64,000 bases of DNA from Pavona decussata (taxonomy: Eukaryota). Both the position numbers and the translations under genes were made by a program. Every line of letters starts with the position of its first letter. Position 1 is the stretch's first letter. Where the stretch lies: the NCBI GenBank assembly GCA_977016875.1, contig CDRNST010000326.1:248001-312000 (forward strand), in the 5' to 3' direction. Below the pieces are notes generated by a model. It searched no databases, was not told the DNA's origin, and saw only the letters and a program-made list of their open reading frames with translations. This document shows positions 60,946 through 64,000 of the stretch, piece after piece.

Positions 60946-62030
60946 ATGGCAAGCTTTAACTTCCACATGTGGTGTACGACTACAAAACTAACTGAAACAA
61001 GTGTGGATACCCTCAAGAAAGAGGATCTCCATACCGAGGAAGCACTGAAACTCCTCACTCCAACGGACTTGGAAAGCTGGGGCTGAGTATAGGGCCCCTC
61101 CGTGTTCTTGAACCAGCATTGAAAAAGCTGCGACAGGACGTCAACCCACAACCCTCGCATGGAGATGCTACTGATGCGCATGAAACAGTCACGACAAACT
61201 CCCTGGCGAGCGATGGAGGGCTAGAGGAAATTCTAAAGAAATTTGAAAGTGCCGGCTCACTGGATGAATCTCTTCTGGCCCTAGGATTGACCAATTTTTC
61301 TTCAGGAAAAACGCCAGCTGCATTAAACACATCAACTCTCCCCAGACTGGATACGGATCTCCACGTGTTTCTCGGCCAACTGCATAAGGGTGCGAGCGCT
61401 AAACAAAGTGAGAAACCTCTGTTAATTCCAGACTTTGTAAACCTGGGAACTTACAACTATCACGAAGAGCAAGAAGAGCAAGAAATTGGAAACAATTCCA
61501 GTGGGGAAAAAATCGTAATTCGCTTAGCAAGGGGAAAACCTAAATTAGAACAAATCACCCTTTCTGTGTGGCTTGCCGCAAACTCGCGAATTATGCACAA
61601 GCTTCTTCAAACACGAAAACCGTCTGCAACCACTACCGCCATTGCTGATTACTTGGCTTATACAATAAAATTTGCCGAGCTCCTCCAGTCTCATACACTC
61701 GCATCGGCTTTGGCGTATGATAACGAGTATCGTAAATTACAGTGCACATATGGCATTCGGTGGGGGAGCGACTCGCAGCACCTTCACACCAGATTTCTCG
61801 TTAAACGCCATCCTTCGCAGACCCCAGCTGCCACCTCACCCAACGCACAGAGACTTCCCCCACGCCCTAACCGCCAACCACAAACCTCACCCACAACTCC
61901 TATCTGCCGCCAATTTAATTCCCAAACCAGATGCCACTGGCCAAACTGCCGATTTCAGCATGTTTACTTGGTGCCAAATTGCAACCAGGGTCACCCACAG
62001 CACGAGCATCCAACAGCAACCACAGCGTGA
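60946..62030 (+). pseudogene. DIRS/Ngaro Gag with SAM-like N-terminus and CCCH-type finger
   Basis: MASFNFHMW...LKKEDLHTEEALKLLTPTDL, KPLLIPDFV, YDNEYRKLQ...RWG, CRQFN...CHWPNCRFQH. Confidence 0.75.
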
Positions 62031-63830
62031 CTTCCAGTAGACACACAATCACATCCCAACTTAACCGACAGGCCTGGATACGAAATCTAGAAACGGTTGT
62101 GACAGGGACTTTATTATTGACGGACTCACAAACGGCTTTCAGTGTTAGCGTTTTGAAAGAGGCGGAAACTAGCAACTACAAATCGGCGACCACAAGCGAT
62201 GTACGCAACAAAGTAGAAAAACAAATCCGTGAGGAAATTCGTAACGGCAATTACATAGTAACACATGTAAAGCAGCCTATTGTTAGTGCCCCTGGGGCTT
62301 TCCCTAAGCCAGACACTGATAAAATCCCGCTCATACACGATTGCAGCAGACCGCAGTTTTCTAATGTCAACTCCTATGCAACACCGCAAAACTTTTCTTA
62401 CGTAACAGTAGAAAAAGCTGTATCACAGATTAACCCTAACGCCTACCTCACCAAAATCGACCTAAAGAGTGCCTACCACCACGTCCCGATCCACCCTTCT
62501 AACTACCGTGTGACCATCCTCGTTTCCAGAGCCTACGATCTTCTGGTCAGCGGTTGGATCGTAGGCCCTGGTAACAGCCGTTAACGGATGTCATGAATTT
62601 CACGATATCCGGTAGCGCACGCTCAGTGTGATAAATTACCATTGCGCTTGCTCAGTATTATTGCTCAGTACTGCTCAGTATTAGGAAGTAAAGACAAATG
62701 CGCAGAAGCGTAGCATTTTTCACCTTATAGCGCATCAGGTTTTCGACAGCCAATGAAAAAAAAGATATTTTTGGATGGACCCAGAGCCACTCGTTCAACA
62801 ATTAAAATAAAAAACGTTGGGGCTCTGGCGACGAGAATGCCGCGCGACTGACCTAGCGTGGCAATTTCATGGTGATCACCAGATCACGTATTTGTACAAC
62901 AATAAACTACCCTTCGGAGCCTCGAAATCACCGGAGGTGTTTCACAGATTGACCCAAACTGTTATGCGCATGATGGCCCAAAGAGGATTTCGCACAATCC
63001 TTGCGTATCTCGATGATTTTATTATTGGCGATACCAAGCATGAGTGTGAATTGGCATATTACGAACTTGTTAAACTTCTAACCTAACTTGGTTTATGCAT
63101 CAACTGGGAGAAAGTGATTGCTCCTACACAGCGGTTAACTTTCTTACCAATTGAGATCGACACAGTGCTTAGGCAACTTTGTTTGCCCGACACCAAGTTA
63201 TGCGAACTTCGACAGTTACTAAGCGATACCTTACTCAAGCGATCAATCACAAAGCGCAAATTGCAGAGCCTCATCGGAAAATTGAACTTTGCGGCACAAG
63301 TGGTTTTTGGAGACGGACATTCCGGCGGCAACTTATAGATGTCACCAGTGCTTTATCATGACCACATCACCACGTGCGCATTGACACCCCCCTAAGAGCC
63401 GATTTATTATGGTGGGCGAGTTTTCTAAGCGTCTTTAATGGCAAAACTTTCTTTGTTGATTCTACCCCAATAGCTTTGGAAGAATTCTCTACAGATGCCT
63501 GTTCCATCGGAGGTGGAGGGTTCTTTCGGGGAGATTGGTTTTACACCAACTGGGCTATTGATCATCCCGACCTAGCGGGCGCACATATCAATACTTGCGG
63601 GACAAGTGGATTGTTGTCCACAGTGATAACCACATGACTATCAGCGCTTTAAACAAAGGCACAAGTCGCAACCCCCACGTTATGCAATGGTTACGTTCCA
63701 TATTCTGGCTTTCTGCCACCACTTTCGAATCACTGCACGTTACATCCCATCAAAGGCTAACACCGTCGCTGACGCCATCTCACGCCTCCATGACCCTGCC
63801 TACAGCGAACGCTACAGGAACATTTTACGA
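62030..63830 (+). pseudogene. DIRS/Ngaro RT and RNase H
   Basis: LIHDCS, KIDLKSAYHHVP, LPFGASKSP, YLDDF, LQSLIGKLNFA, TDAC..GGG, HSDN, NTVADAISR. Confidence 0.9.
62515..62839. mobile_element. 325-bp MITE with a 9-bp TSD
   Basis: CATCCTCGTTTCCAGAGCC...GGCTCTGGCGACGAGAATG; flanks CCGTGTGAC / CCGCGCGAC. Confidence 0.8.
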
Positions 63831-63894
63831 ACTCCTTATAGAATACGATAGCCAACAAGTTCAGATTTCACAGTTGGCCTTTTCTCCTCTTCCA

Positions 63895-64000
63895 CGGCAG
63901 GTTAAGTCCATGCTCAGGCACAGCTACTTCAGGAAGAACTGAGAACGTACCGCCACCATGCCTTTGCCAGCTCTACCGCAGCAAGTTATAAGTAGCAGTT
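63895..64000 (+). pseudogene. Start of the DIRS tyrosine recombinase ORF (runs off the window)
   Basis: LQEELRTYRHHAFASSTAASYK, the typical YR N-terminal A.ST..Y pattern after RNase H. Confidence 0.6.

Overview
Eukaryotic, AT-rich, transposon-saturated DNA. The repeat families and spliced transposases suggest an invertebrate, most likely a cnidarian or stony coral (inference). No intact host gene, rRNA, tRNA or CRISPR array was found. The window is a nested TE stack, in this order. (1) A Penelope GIY-YIG remnant with two facing hammerhead ribozyme motifs. (2) A 5.4-kb Sola1-type transposon (ATTT TSD) carrying its transposase, a BEN-domain cargo gene and CCGTT arrays at both ends. (3) An Ngaro/DIRS element with split direct repeats, a 5' SGNH hydrolase and no tyrosine recombinase. 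(4) A piggyBac remnant split by a Sola3 MITE. (5) A Gypsy element with 131-bp LTRs (CTTTC TSD). It hosts a THAP-bearing insertion and a 9.2-kb Sola3 whose five-exon transposase (~1157 aa) reads open. (6) THAP/PIF-ISL2EU, DIRS-YR, L1/Tx1 and other LINE remnants, a Crypton-like YR relic, a MULE-SWIM-Ulp1-PHD pseudogene and a kinase relic. (7) A third DIRS/Ngaro element whose Gag begins with a SAM-like domain. Best candidates for new biology: the Sola1+BEN+motif-array system, the apparently intact Sola3 with ~1-kb diverged TIRs, and the YR-less SGNH-Ngaro element. All family assignments come from motifs read by eye, not database searches.
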